A stretch of DNA of 64,000 nucleotides from Ignavibacteria bacterium (GCA_947491315.1 CANLII010000005.1:34552-98551), one strand, 5' to 3'. Shown: positions 1 through 11,941, counted from the stretch's first letter. The notes: generated by a model from the letters alone, not told the origin. Program-made: numbers and translations.

Positions 1-325
1 TAATGAGTGCTTGAGGAAATTCTTCGGCAACTTCATGTATCATGGGAATTTTGAGTTCAGCCGCCACCGGCAAACAATCCATGATGATATCTGGTGGTAT
101 GGTGATATCCGAGATCGTTGAAACCACTTCATTTAAAAAAGGAATCAAATGTGGTGGCAATACCGGCAAATCAGACATGCTAAAGAGATGTGCATCATCA
201 AATGAGAGATAAATGCTGAAGGGAATCTCTCTGTCTCTTAATCTAATTGCCATTTCTGCGGAATGACGAGATCCGCCAAGCAGGAGAATGGATGTTCTTT
301 TATCTTCCAATGTATAAATCGCCAT
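1..325 (-). CDS. 5' part of a CDS truncated by the window edge; weak resemblance to a 3-hydroxyacyl-CoA dehydrogenase-like N-terminal domain
   Basis: Open frame from ATG at 325 off the left edge: MAIYTLEDKRTSILLLGGS...PDIIMDCLPVAAELKIPMIHEVAEEFPQALI. Confidence 0.45.
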   Translation of the reverse strand, partial: MAIYTLEDKRTSILLLGGSRHSAEMAIRLRDREIPFSIYLSFDDAHLFSMSDLPVLPPHLIPFLNEVVSTISDITIPPDIIMDCLPVAAELKIPMIHEVAEEFPQALI

Positions 326-439
326 TGCTTCAATCACTCTATGGGGTAAATCTTTGGGTTCAAGTATGAACAAAATACGGTAATTTTAAGCGCCTTCCAA
401 AGTGGAGGTCATGCTTTGTTTCTTCAATTGAGTTTCTTC

Positions 440-1309
440 ATGAGCACGCTTGCAAAACGCATCATTATGGGTCTGATCGGGATCCCCTTCATGATTTGGA
501 TGGTCATTCTTGGTTCTCCTTATTTTACCGTCTTTTTTGCCATCGTTGCCGTGCTTGCATTAAGAGAATTATATATGCTTCTCTCTGCAAAGGGATTTGC
601 TCCGCATCCAATGATTGGTATGATTACGGGATTTGTGTGGATGCTATTATTAGACTTTGCCGGCGAACATTCAGCATTTCTCTTATTGCTTGTTTTGTCA
701 CTTGCCGGATTATCAACCCTTTCCCTTGAACTTGTCAATTCCTATGAAGAAAAACATGCTTCACCGGCAGGTTCTGTGGTGTCCACTCTTGGTGCTATTA
801 TATATGTGCCTGTGATGCTCTCCAATGTGATTGCTTTGCGAGAATTTGAAGTGCAAGGATATATCGCACCGTATTTCGCACAAATGAGCATGGAGGCTGG
901 TTCAGCATTGGTAATCTTGCTCTTTATCGGTGTTTGGGCAGGTGATACATTTGCCTATTTTGGTGGTATGGCATTTGGGAAAAGACCACTCATGTCACAT
1001 ATCAGTCCGAAAAAAACCATTGAAGGGGCAATCATCGGATTGTTGGGAACAATACTTACAATGATGGCCGGAACATATTTTCTCATGCCGACATTTCCAT
1101 TGTGGCTCATGCTTATTGGCTCAATCTTACTTGGTCTTTTTGCTCCAATCGGAGATTTGGTGGAATCTATGATCAAAAGAGATGCGCATGTGAAAGACAG
1201 TTCGGAGCTTATTCCGGGACATGGTGGAGTATTCGATAGATTTGACAGCATGCTATTTGCTGCACCGATCTTTTATGGGTTTATTAAGATTGTTTCAATG
1301 TGGATGTAA
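440..1309 (+). CDS. cdsA: phosphatidate cytidylyltransferase
   Basis: Multi-TM protein with DTFAYFGG, ISPKKTIEG, GDLVESMIKR..VKDS, PGHGGVFDRFDS motifs. Confidence 0.95.
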   Translation: MSTLAKRIIMGLIGIPFMIWMVILGSPYFTVFFAIVAVLALRELYMLLSAKGFAPHPMIGMITGFVWMLLLDFAGEHSAFLLLLVLSLAGLSTLSLELVNSYEEKHASPAGSVVSTLGAIIYVPVMLSNVIALREFEVQGYIAPYFAQMSMEAGSALVILLFIGVWAGDTFAYFGGMAFGKRPLMSHISPKKTIEGAIIGLLGTILTMMAGTYFLMPTFPLWLMLIGSILLGLFAPIGDLVESMIKRDAHVKDSSELIPGHGGVFDRFDSMLFAAPIFYGFIKIVSMWM

Positions 1310-2095
1310 TCAACTGCTTGCGCCATTATATCGTTTGAGTGCAAAAGAAAAGAATCTCACTGATACAGTTGCCATGATTATTGTCATAACAACCATAATC
1401 ACGAACATTTCCACGGAAGCAGTATTGAAGAGCATGGAAGAGGGAACGGATGCAATCAAAGAAAGAGGGAAAATCGTGATGAATATTCGGCGCATTGCGG
1501 AATTATAAATGCCATCGGGCCTCATGGCGATTTGATACAATGCATAAAAGATGCTTTGCACTCCAGAGGCATTCACAAAAAAGAAGGACATATTTCCGAC
1601 GATTGTTTCGAGGGAAAACAAAATGATAGAACCACAAATCAGACCCACAAGCCAACCAATCCATTGAAATGCAGAAATCGACTGATCATGCATCAATAAT
1701 CCCATGATGAAAATGATGATGCTTACCCCAACATTCACCATCGATGCTGTATTGATGAATCGGAAATAAATCAAGAATAATGGCGATACGGGTTTTAGAA
1801 GAAAGAAATCTAATTCACCTGTATTTACATGTCTTGGGAAATGCCAGAAATTTGAAGCAACCAGCATCATATTGAAAGAATCAACGATGAATAAGGTCCC
1901 TAAAAACAAATATGCCTCGCTCCTGGAAAGTCCAGCAAATGACGGGGTATACATGAACATCACTTCAAAAAATCCGATTTGAACGGCGCACCAAATAATG
2001 TCAACCATCACTTGAAGGGCAAAATGCAAGCGGAATTCCATATCTCGCGAGAGACAATTTTTGAAGAGTGTGATCCATAGTCGAAAGAGATGCAT
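1310..2095 (-). CDS. ABC-2-type (DUF990-like) transporter permease
   Basis: About 6 TM segments, GELDFFLLKPVSPLF motif, C-terminal LKRYNGASS. Confidence 0.8.
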   Translation of the reverse strand: MHLFRLWITLFKNCLSRDMEFRLHFALQVMVDIIWCAVQIGFFEVMFMYTPSFAGLSRSEAYLFLGTLFIVDSFNMMLVASNFWHFPRHVNTGELDFFLLKPVSPLFLIYFRFINTASMVNVGVSIIIFIMGLLMHDQSISAFQWIGWLVGLICGSIILFSLETIVGNMSFFFVNASGVQSIFYALYQIAMRPDGIYNSAMRRIFITIFPLSLIASVPSSMLFNTASVEMFVIMVVMTIIMATVSVRFFSFALKRYNGASS

Positions 2096-2096
2096 G

Positions 2097-2840
2097 TCAG
2101 CGAATGTCCGGAATGAATTCCTTCATGGCCACATACAATTCCCATGTGGCTTTTACATCACGAAGACAATATTCCGATATGATGTCATACTTGCCTGCTG
2201 CATATAATTCACCGACTTTCGAGCCATCCACTCCGGCTTCTTTTGGAGATTGCACGCCAAATGCTTTAGCCACAAAATCAAAATTATATCTTCGAGTTGC
2301 ACCAGATTGCTGAGGATTGAAGAAGCATAATTCATCGAGCAAATCTGTATGTGAATCACGATAATTGAACCTGGTGCCTTGCATGAGATTGAATGGTGGT
2401 TTCACTTTGAGTAGTGCTGATCGAAGCATCACAAATGGGGCGTCAAATCCACGACCATTGAATGTGATCAAATGCGGTGATGGATAGATTGTGAGCAATT
2501 TCCAGAAATTTTCTAGCAATTTTACTTCACTGCAGAGCACCATTTTATGTCCGGATGGCAAATCCTCGGTTTTCATTTCACCTTCAGGCATGGCCGGATC
2601 TGTCATAAATGCACCACTTCTTACTTCCGTCCAGCCATCTTCTGCTTTTTGCATGACTTTTAATCCAAGCGTTATGATTTGGCCAGTTAAGGGCGAAAGT
2701 GCCATTTCATTAATTTTCTTCTCACGCAATTCATCCGTACTTGCCCCGCGGAGAAGATAGTCTTGTCTTGCTTCATCGAAAGAATCAATGGGCATGCCCG
2801 CTGTCTCGATATCATAAACGATATAGGTTTTTCCACTCAT
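2097..2840 (-). CDS. stand-alone PolB-like DEDDy 3'-5' exonuclease (RNase H-like fold)
   Basis: ExoI YDIET, ExoII TFNGRGFD, ExoIII YCLRD; start placed at ATG 2840 after AGGAG. Confidence 0.85.
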   Translation of the reverse strand: MSGKTYIVYDIETAGMPIDSFDEARQDYLLRGASTDELREKKINEMALSPLTGQIITLGLKVMQKAEDGWTEVRSGAFMTDPAMPEGEMKTEDLPSGHKMVLCSEVKLLENFWKLLTIYPSPHLITFNGRGFDAPFVMLRSALLKVKPPFNLMQGTRFNYRDSHTDLLDELCFFNPQQSGATRRYNFDFVAKAFGVQSPKEAGVDGSKVGELYAAGKYDIISEYCLRDVKATWELYVAMKEFIPDIR

Positions 2841-2986
2841 GTCTAACTCCTGAAATGATTGGCAAAGATACGCAAAATGATACATCTCATTTCTCGCAAG
2901 TTTGTCCGAAAGGGGTACATTGTATATAAAGTTACAAAACATCGATTCCGTATATTTGCAGTGCAGCATATTTCCGGCTTTAATTC

Positions 2987-5182
2987 ATGAGCGCTAGGCA
3001 AAGTCAAAACCGACAATCTCGCGGAGAGGATGATCAGCAAATTTCCATGGAATTTGTCTTCCCTCCAGATAGACTCAAATTCATGTTTGGTTTTTTTCTC
3101 TTTTTATTCTCAATTGCATTGATTCGCATATTCTATGTGCAGGTGATCAAGGCGGGTGAAATCATGGAGGGGAAGAGAAAACAGCATATGGTGCCCGTGA
3201 CTTTGCAAGCACAAAGAGGGGAGATTCTTGATAGAAATGGCAGAGTGATCGTAGCGAATGTAAAGGCAATGACCTATGCAGTTGATATCACAAAAGTTGT
3301 AAACAAAATAGGAATTGCAACCGCACTTTCCCTGGCAATTGGTGAATCCATCGAGTATTGGATGGATAAGATCAATCACGGAGTGAAGGAATTCTCTTAT
3401 TTGGCAAGGGATGTGACGGCCCGACATATCATGCTTGATACAATTCGTGATCCGGGTTTCATCAAGATTCCAACCTATCGCAGAAGTTATGTATTCGGCT
3501 CGGGAGCCGCTCAAATAGTGGGTTTTACGGATCCTGACAAAAAAGGTACTGCCGGCATTGAACTGATGCTAGATTCATTGTTCAGAGGAATCAATGGCAG
3601 AACTTTCATGAGAAGAGATGCTGTAAATAATTTGTATTATTCTCATGAAATTCCGGTACAAGAACCTCGTACGGGAAATGCAGTTCAATTGACTTTGGAC
3701 ATTGAACTTCAGAGAATTGCCGAATATGAATTGGCTGAAGGTGTCAATTCTTCACAAGCGGAAGGTGGAACCGTGATTGCTCTGGAACCTTCAACTGGTG
3801 AGGTGCTCGCGATTGCTTCATGGCCAACATATAATCCGACCAATCCTCAGAATGCCATTTCGGATGCCAAGCGGATTCATGGTATCACCGATATGTATGA
3901 GCCAGGTTCTACCTTTAAACTAGTTACGGCAGGTGCTGCATTGGAAGAGGGTATAATCAATCCTGATTCATGGGTACATGGAATGAATGGCACGCTACGA
4001 GTCGGTGATTATGAAATCAAGGATTCGCATCCAATCGGGAAGGTTCGATTCACGGAGGCATTAGAGCAATCCAGTAATATCGTATTCGCCAAATTATCCG
4101 AAAAGATAGATGATTTCAAGTTTTACAAGTATGCCAGAGATTTTGGATTCGGAATAGTATTGGGTATTGATTTCCCGGGTGAAGCTCCCGGCATTTTGAA
4201 AAGACCGAAACAATTCAGCAAGACAACTAAGAAATTCATGGCTTATGGTTATGAACTGGGTGCCACTGCACTGCAAATGGTCAATGCATTTTCTACTATA
4301 GCCAATGGCGGTGAGATGATGCGACCATTCATGGTAAAGAAAATCATCGGCCCCGATGAGAAAGTGATTTCAGAAACGAAGGTGCAAAGAATCAGATCCG
4401 TGCTTTCAAAAAAGACCGCAAAAACTCTTACATATATGCTCAAGCGCGTTGTTGAATATGGAACCGGTAAAGAGGCGAGAATTACAGGAATGCCAATTGC
4501 CGGTAAAACGGGAACGGCTCAGCAATTGGTGAATGGACAATATTCCAAGCAAGATTATACTGCTTCATTTGTAGGATATTTTCCTGCTGATGCGCCTAAG
4601 GTTGCGATGATAGTTATGCTCCATAAACCCAAATCCTCCATTTATGGCGGTTCTACATCTGCTCCGATTTTCAAAAAAATTGCACAAAAATGGATTACTG
4701 CATCTCGCATTCCGGTTGAAGACATTGAAAGGACTAATGCGGGGGCCAGACAAAGAGTGCAAGACTCAGCAATTGTTCCTGATTTGCGCGGACTCACTTA
4801 TGAACATGCACAAGAGATATTGCAACATATTGGTTTACGCATCAAGGGTGCTGATCATGGAACCATCATTTATCAATCAATTCCGGAAGGAATATGGTTG
4901 GAAAAAGGCAAGAGTATCATAGTAAGCACGCAAGATGCCATACTCAATAGAAAACAATCCAAGACATTCTCATTGAAAGACACAAGTGCAGTCATCAAGA
5001 AAGTACCCGGCAAACCTACCATACTCAAACCCTTGCCTGATGTACGCGGAATGAGCATTCGACGCGCATTGTCGGTTTTGCATGCTTCAGGGTATAAAGC
5101 TCGACTGACAGGAAAGGGGAAAGTGGTCTCACAAATGCGATCAAAAACAAATCCGAAGGAATGTATTCTTCAAGCCCAATGA
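2987..5182 (+). CDS. ftsI: class B penicillin-binding protein (FtsI/PBP3-like) with C-terminal PASTA domains
   Basis: N-terminal TM, RGEILDRNG, STFK (SxxK), SSN (SxN), KTGT, and two PASTA-like repeats (VPDLRG, LPDVRG). Confidence 0.85.
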   Translation: MSARQSQNRQSRGEDDQQISMEFVFPPDRLKFMFGFFLFLFSIALIRIFYVQVIKAGEIMEGKRKQHMVPVTLQAQRGEILDRNGRVIVANVKAMTYAVDITKVVNKIGIATALSLAIGESIEYWMDKINHGVKEFSYLARDVTARHIMLDTIRDPGFIKIPTYRRSYVFGSGAAQIVGFTDPDKKGTAGIELMLDSLFRGINGRTFMRRDAVNNLYYSHEIPVQEPRTGNAVQLTLDIELQRIAEYELAEGVNSSQAEGGTVIALEPSTGEVLAIASWPTYNPTNPQNAISDAKRIHGITDMYEPGSTFKLVTAGAALEEGIINPDSWVHGMNGTLRVGDYEIKDSHPIGKVRFTEALEQSSNIVFAKLSEKIDDFKFYKYARDFGFGIVLGIDFPGEAPGILKRPKQFSKTTKKFMAYGYELGATALQMVNAFSTIANGGEMMRPFMVKKIIGPDEKVISETKVQRIRSVLSKKTAKTLTYMLKRVVEYGTGKEARITGMPIAGKTGTAQQLVNGQYSKQDYTASFVGYFPADAPKVAMIVMLHKPKSSIYGGSTSAPIFKKIAQKWITASRIPVEDIERTNAGARQRVQDSAIVPDLRGLTYEHAQEILQHIGLRIKGADHGTIIYQSIPEGIWLEKGKSIIVSTQDAILNRKQSKTFSLKDTSAVIKKVPGKPTILKPLPDVRGMSIRRALSVLHASGYKARLTGKGKVVSQMRSKTNPKECILQAQ

Positions 5183-6112
5183 TCAACCGCGGGGATGATA
5201 GGTCTTATGCACCTGTCGAATGAATTCGCGGTCAATATGCGTATAAATTTGCGTGGAGCTTATATCTGAATGACCCAACATTTCTTGCAATGCACGAAGA
5301 TCCGCGCCTCCCTCAAGCAAATGTGTTGCAAAAGAATGCCTGAATGTATGTGGATGCACATGCTTTTTTATACCTGCATCCATCGTGGCTTTGCTGACGA
5401 TATTCCAAACGCTCATTCTTGAGATTCCCGTTCCTCTTTGATTCAAGAAGAGAATGTCATTTGTCGAAACTCTGGATTTCATGAAATGGGGTCTGACTTC
5501 CACTTGATATGTTGCAACCCATTCCAATGCAGAACTTCCAATTGGTACAATTCGTTCTTTGGAACCCTTTCCAAACACACGAATCACTTCTTGCTCCAAA
5601 AGCATGTCTCTTTGTTTGATTCCGCATAATTCAGAAACACGAAGACCACATGCATATAGCAATTCAAGCATGGCTTTATCTCGAATACCTGCTTTTGTTG
5701 TGATGTCGGGTTGCTCCAAAATGGCAAGCATTTCATCAATGGAAAGTGTATCCGGTAAACTTCTTCGCGACTTGGGTAATTCAGCTTTTTCAGTGATATC
5801 AGTGTCGATGACTTTATTAGAAAACAAAAAAGAGAAAAATCCGCGAAGTGAAGACAATGTTCTTGTGCGAGATGATAATGCCAAGCCCAATTCTTCGAGC
5901 ATCAATAGGAAAGAATGAATATGTTGAATTTCAATAAATGCATATTTCTCCATTCCCTGATGAACAATAAAGGTGCTAAATCTCTCGATGTCAAACATAT
6001 ATGCCGAAACAGTATTCTCGCTCACCCCTTTTTCCAGAACGAGAAATCTCTTATATGATTGCATCTCTCTCTTCAGTGAAAGAGGAAGCTGTGCGGATGA
6101 TTCATCCATCAA
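5183..6112 (-). CDS. xerD: site-specific tyrosine recombinase XerD
   Basis: LYACGLRVSEL, GKGSKERIVP, HPHTFRHSFATHLLEGGADLR, LGH, TQIYTH, YHPR. Confidence 0.9.
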   Translation of the reverse strand: MMDESSAQLPLSLKREMQSYKRFLVLEKGVSENTVSAYMFDIERFSTFIVHQGMEKYAFIEIQHIHSFLLMLEELGLALSSRTRTLSSLRGFFSFLFSNKVIDTDITEKAELPKSRRSLPDTLSIDEMLAILEQPDITTKAGIRDKAMLELLYACGLRVSELCGIKQRDMLLEQEVIRVFGKGSKERIVPIGSSALEWVATYQVEVRPHFMKSRVSTNDILFLNQRGTGISRMSVWNIVSKATMDAGIKKHVHPHTFRHSFATHLLEGGADLRALQEMLGHSDISSTQIYTHIDREFIRQVHKTYHPRG

Positions 6113-6118
6113 TATCTA

Positions 6119-7591
<1,473 letters not shown>

Positions 7592-7749
7592 TTACCGGAT
7601 GGAGTGGAACATCGTGAGCGCGAAGAACTATCGCAACTCTATCCTCTTGTAATTTACGGAATATCCCCTAATTTCGAAGTTTCGGAATGAACGATTCTTG
7701 TGAAATTTTCGTTATCATACAGTTCTTACTTTTCAAATTTGGCAAAAAC

Positions 7750-8199
7750 ATGAATGATATACAGTCTTTGTATCAGCAAATGATACTGGATCACAATAAG
7801 AATCCTCGGAATTTTGGGGGATTGGATGATCCCACTCATTGCGCTGAAGGACATAATCCTCTATGCGGTGATGAAGTCATGATTTTCATGAAAATCAATG
7901 ATGGCATCATTGAAGATATCACCTTCAAAGGTTCGGGATGTGCCATAGCAACTTCCTCTGCCTCTATTATGACTACGGTTTTGAAAGGGAGAACAGTGCA
8001 CGAAGCAGAGGAATTCTTCAAGCAATTTCATGGTATTTTCACAGCTTCAATGGATGAAATTATTGAAACTGATGATCTTGGTAAAATGGCTGTATTCACC
8101 GGCGTCCGAGAATTCCCCGCCCGTGTGAAATGCGCTTCATTGGCTTGGCACACGATGAATAATGCAATGCATGGCCAAACAAATGTCAGCACCGAATAA
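7750..8199 (+). CDS. sufU: SUF-system SufU/NifU-family Fe-S assembly protein
   Basis: ILDHNKNPRN, NPLCGD, GSGCAI, RVKCASLAW. Confidence 0.9.
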   Translation: MNDIQSLYQQMILDHNKNPRNFGGLDDPTHCAEGHNPLCGDEVMIFMKINDGIIEDITFKGSGCAIATSSASIMTTVLKGRTVHEAEEFFKQFHGIFTASMDEIIETDDLGKMAVFTGVREFPARVKCASLAWHTMNNAMHGQTNVSTE

Positions 8200-8224
8200 T
8201 ATAGTATCCACATAATCTCATTAT

Positions 8225-8611
8225 ATGAAACAATTTGTCTCTCTCAAACTTGATGATAATGAAAATCATCAAGAACCAAAACAAGAAGTCATGCCGGATT
8301 CTGATGTTCCCGTTGTGGATCGCATCATTGCGGCAATCAAAACAGTCTATGATCCAGAAATTCCTGTAGATATATTTGCTCTTGGTTTGATCTATTCCGT
8401 TCGTTTCCATGAAGACATAAAAAAGGCGGAAGTGATCATGACTTTGACATCACCTGGATGTTTTGCAGCCGGACTAATACCCGGTCAAGTTGAACAAAAA
8501 GTCTTGGAAGTGCCTGAAGTTCAAACAGTCAATGTGGAACTTACTTTTGATCCACCATGGGATAAATCCATGATGAGCGAAGCCGCAAAATTGGAATTGG
8601 GCTTTTGGTGA
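8225..8611 (+). CDS. sufT: DUF59/SufT Fe-S cluster assembly protein
   Basis: YDPEIPVDI..LGLIY, MTLTSPGC, FDPPW..MMSEAAKLELG. Confidence 0.85.
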   Translation: MKQFVSLKLDDNENHQEPKQEVMPDSDVPVVDRIIAAIKTVYDPEIPVDIFALGLIYSVRFHEDIKKAEVIMTLTSPGCFAAGLIPGQVEQKVLEVPEVQTVNVELTFDPPWDKSMMSEAAKLELGFW

Positions 8612-8650
8612 TGAGTATTTGAATTGACATTATTTACCATTGGAATTTTC

Positions 8651-9694
8651 ATGTTCAGGAATCTTATAGTATCTGCAATCAAAAGATTGACCCCACAGTC
8701 CATTGCCATTTCATTCGCAATCCCTGAGGAGTTGCAGGAGGAATTTGCGTATATATCCGGACAATACATTACCGTGAAGGTCGAAGTATCCGGACAAAAA
8801 GCAAATCGGGCTTATTCCTTATGCTCATCTCCTTTTTCAGGTGAGCCCCTCACCATTGGTGTGAAGCAAACTGAGGGTGGACTGGTTTCTACTTATTTAA
8901 ACAATGATTTGAATATCGGAGATACTCTTCAAATCATGAAGCCGATGGGTAATTTTACATTGAAGGTAAATTCCGATACTTCAAGACATATCGTATTGAT
9001 TGGTGGTGGAAGTGGTATCACGCCGCTTTTGTCAATTGCGAAAAGTGTATTGCTGAAGGAACCTATTTCAACTGTCACTTTACTCTATGGTAATCGTGAT
9101 CAAGCATCCATCATGTTTTCTAGCGAATTGAATGAGCTTCAGTCTCAATATCCTGCTTTGAAAGTGAAGCATGTTCTCGAACATGGACCTGAAGAGTTAA
9201 AAGGAGTGCTCAGCATTGAAATGCTTGAAGAATTACTCAGCCCATTTGTTTCTGATAATCATGCTGAATATTATATCTGTGGTCCCGCACCCGTGATGTC
9301 CAATGCAGAGTCGGTGCTTACGGCACATAATATTCCTTCCGGGCGCATTCATAGAGAATTTTTCACGGCTCCGATATCGGTTGAAGAAGATGTCGAAGCA
9401 CAAGAAGAAGTAATGGAAGAAAAACAGATTTCCGTGAAATTGTATGGTCGCTCCTTTGATATCACTGTCAATCCCGGCGAGACCATATTAGAAGCCGGCA
9501 TCAGACAACAACTTGATCCGCCATATGCATGTCAGATTGCCGCATGCTGTACATGCAGAGCGAAACTTCGTACGGGTAAAGTGCACATGGACAGCAGAGA
9601 AGCATTGACTGATGATGAAATGGAAGAAGGATATATCCTTACTTGTCAGGCACATCCTTTGACCGATGATGTGCTTGTAGATTTTGATGGTTGA
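8651..9694 (+). CDS. PaaE-like ferredoxin-NAD(P) reductase with C-terminal 2Fe-2S domain
   Basis: RAYSLCS (FAD), GGGSGITP (NAD), YICGP, CQIAACCTC...C. Confidence 0.85.
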   Translation: MFRNLIVSAIKRLTPQSIAISFAIPEELQEEFAYISGQYITVKVEVSGQKANRAYSLCSSPFSGEPLTIGVKQTEGGLVSTYLNNDLNIGDTLQIMKPMGNFTLKVNSDTSRHIVLIGGGSGITPLLSIAKSVLLKEPISTVTLLYGNRDQASIMFSSELNELQSQYPALKVKHVLEHGPEELKGVLSIEMLEELLSPFVSDNHAEYYICGPAPVMSNAESVLTAHNIPSGRIHREFFTAPISVEEDVEAQEEVMEEKQISVKLYGRSFDITVNPGETILEAGIRQQLDPPYACQIAACCTCRAKLRTGKVHMDSREALTDDEMEEGYILTCQAHPLTDDVLVDFDG

Positions 9695-9774
9695 TATCTT
9701 CATGTTTGATGAATCCCTGAGCATGACTATTTTTGTGTCATGCTCTTTTTTTATGCAATAAATCTCCCAATGTC

Positions 9775-11553
9775 ATGAATCTTCTACCCTTTCTTACCCT
9801 CTTTCTTTGTTCTCTATCCTTTCTTCATGCTGATGAGAGAGTCAAGAGAATTCAATCGCATGTGCAGTATTTGTCATCAGATTCTCTGGAAGGTAGAGCA
9901 CCGGGAACTAAAGGAAATGTGCTTGCGGCTGAATATATCAAGAAGCAGTTCAAAAACATTGGTTTGCAACCCTATAATCAAGCTGATTATTTCCAAGACT
10001 TTTCAATTGTCACCGATATTCTATTGAATTCTAAGGGCAATGCACTTGTCCTAAATCATGGGAAAAAAGGACATTCGTTCTTATTGCAAAAAGAGTTCAT
10101 CCCGCTTGGCATTAGTGATACGGGAATGGCTCAATGTCCAATTGTCTTTGCGGGATATGGTATTTCTTCACCGTCTGACAATTATGATGATTATGGCGGA
10201 ATTGATGTGAAAAATGCTCTTGTGATTGTCTTGCGAGGCGCTCCGGAACAGGATAGTCCACATGGCAATCTCTCGCAATTCGCTGGTTTGAGAAGCAAGG
10301 CAATGACAGCAAAAGAGAAGGGTGCAAAAGCATTGCTTTGCGTTTCAGGTAGTCAATTTCCGGATTCACTCATGCCATTGCGTTTCGAGCAAGGCGGAAA
10401 AGTGGATGGCATGCTCATACTCAATGCCCTTACTTCTACTATTGAATCGTATTTACCGGAATTGAATGTGACTTCTTTGGAGAATGAGATTAAGTCAAGT
10501 AAAAAGCCCGCAAGTAAAATCTTTGCTGATCACTCCATGAATATTCATATTTCTTTGTCCGAGAAAAAGGTACAAACTTCTAATGTCATCGGATATATTC
10601 CCGGTACTGATCCTTCTAAAAAAAATGAAGTGATAGTTATAGGAGCTCATTTTGATCATTTGGGATGGGGAGGCGAAGGTTCGGGTACATTATCAAGTAT
10701 AAAAGAAAGTGCGATTCATCATGGCGCGGATGATAATGCTTCCGGTACAGCTGGCATAATTGAAATAGCAGATGCAATTGCCAAGAGTCCATTAAAAAGA
10801 CCTCTCATGTTCATTGGATTTACAGCTGAAGAACGAGGGCTGCTCGGCTCTGCACATTTCGTAAAGAATCCCACGATTGGTTTTGATAGCATTGCAATGA
10901 TGATAAATATGGATATGATCGGAAGATTGAAAGATGGCAAATTGAATATTGGTGGTATTGGTACTTCCTCACAATTCAAACCCATTGTGGATTCAATCGG
11001 CAAATTGCATCCTTTGACATTATCCTATACCGAAGATGGTTTTGGTCCGAGTGATCATGCATCCTTTTATGGAAAAGAAAAACCGGTTCTCTTTTTCTTT
11101 ACTGGTTTGCATGGAGATTATCATCGACCAAGTGATACTTGGGAAAAAATCAATTATGATGGCGAAAGCACGATTGTACAAATGGTTATACAAACACTCT
11201 CTGCGATTGATGCAAAGTATCAAAAACCCGATTATATAAAAGTAAAATCAAGCGCCCAGCCCGGACAAGTAATGTCTTTCAAAGTATCTCTCGGCATCAC
11301 ACCTGATTATAGCGATCATCCCAAAGGCATGAGAATTACTGGTGTGAGGGAAGGAGGAGCGGGTGAAAAAGCAGGTCTTATTGCCGATGATATTATTGTC
11401 AAAATGGGCACGACCGTCATAAAAAATGTATATGATTATACTTTTGCCCTTGGCAAATTTAAAGCTGGAGATTCAACAAATATGACTGTATTGCGTGGTC
11501 CTCGTGAGGACAAGGAAGTTGAATTGCAAGTGACTTTTCCGGCGAAGAAGTAA
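9775..11553 (+). CDS. M28 family aminopeptidase with PA and PDZ domains
   Basis: Signal peptide, GAHFDHLG, GADDNASG, AEERGL, SDH, YHRPSD, C-terminal SLGITPDY PDZ. Confidence 0.9.
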   Translation: MNLLPFLTLFLCSLSFLHADERVKRIQSHVQYLSSDSLEGRAPGTKGNVLAAEYIKKQFKNIGLQPYNQADYFQDFSIVTDILLNSKGNALVLNHGKKGHSFLLQKEFIPLGISDTGMAQCPIVFAGYGISSPSDNYDDYGGIDVKNALVIVLRGAPEQDSPHGNLSQFAGLRSKAMTAKEKGAKALLCVSGSQFPDSLMPLRFEQGGKVDGMLILNALTSTIESYLPELNVTSLENEIKSSKKPASKIFADHSMNIHISLSEKKVQTSNVIGYIPGTDPSKKNEVIVIGAHFDHLGWGGEGSGTLSSIKESAIHHGADDNASGTAGIIEIADAIAKSPLKRPLMFIGFTAEERGLLGSAHFVKNPTIGFDSIAMMINMDMIGRLKDGKLNIGGIGTSSQFKPIVDSIGKLHPLTLSYTEDGFGPSDHASFYGKEKPVLFFFTGLHGDYHRPSDTWEKINYDGESTIVQMVIQTLSAIDAKYQKPDYIKVKSSAQPGQVMSFKVSLGITPDYSDHPKGMRITGVREGGAGEKAGLIADDIIVKMGTTVIKNVYDYTFALGKFKAGDSTNMTVLRGPREDKEVELQVTFPAKK

Positions 11554-11560
11554 GGCTTAT

Positions 11561-11914
11561 TCACATCGCATTGATGAGATGTCTGATATTTTGCTCTCCA
11601 TTGAGAAAATCAATGGCAATCAAATCGAATCTACATGGTTTATCGTGGATTTTATTGATATAAAGATATCCTTCGGCAACTCTTTTGATGGATTTGATTT
11701 TCTTTGATGTAATGGAGGACTCAGGAGCCCCAAATGCATGATGGGAACGAGCTTTTACTTCGATGAAAATAAGCATATTCTCATATTCGCAAATGATGTC
11801 AATCTCACCGACTTTACCGAATGTAAAATTTTTCTTTTTGATGCGATATCCCAATTCTTCAATAAATTTCACTGCAGTATCTTCGGCGATACTCCCTGCC
11901 TTGCGCTTATCCAT
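11561..11914 (-). CDS. YraN family (UPF0102) nuclease-like protein
   Basis: GEIDII, FIEVKAR, CRFDLIAI. Confidence 0.9.
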   Translation of the reverse strand: MDKRKAGSIAEDTAVKFIEELGYRIKKKNFTFGKVGEIDIICEYENMLIFIEVKARSHHAFGAPESSITSKKIKSIKRVAEGYLYINKIHDKPCRFDLIAIDFLNGEQNIRHLINAM

Positions 11915-11941
11915 GATATTCCCCTGATAATGTTCTCAAGT

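Noticed and set aside
5183-6112. Tyrosine recombinase as a phage or island integrase
   Set aside because: It has typical chromosomal XerD length and motifs, sits in an operon with guaB, and has no mobile cargo or att repeats nearby.
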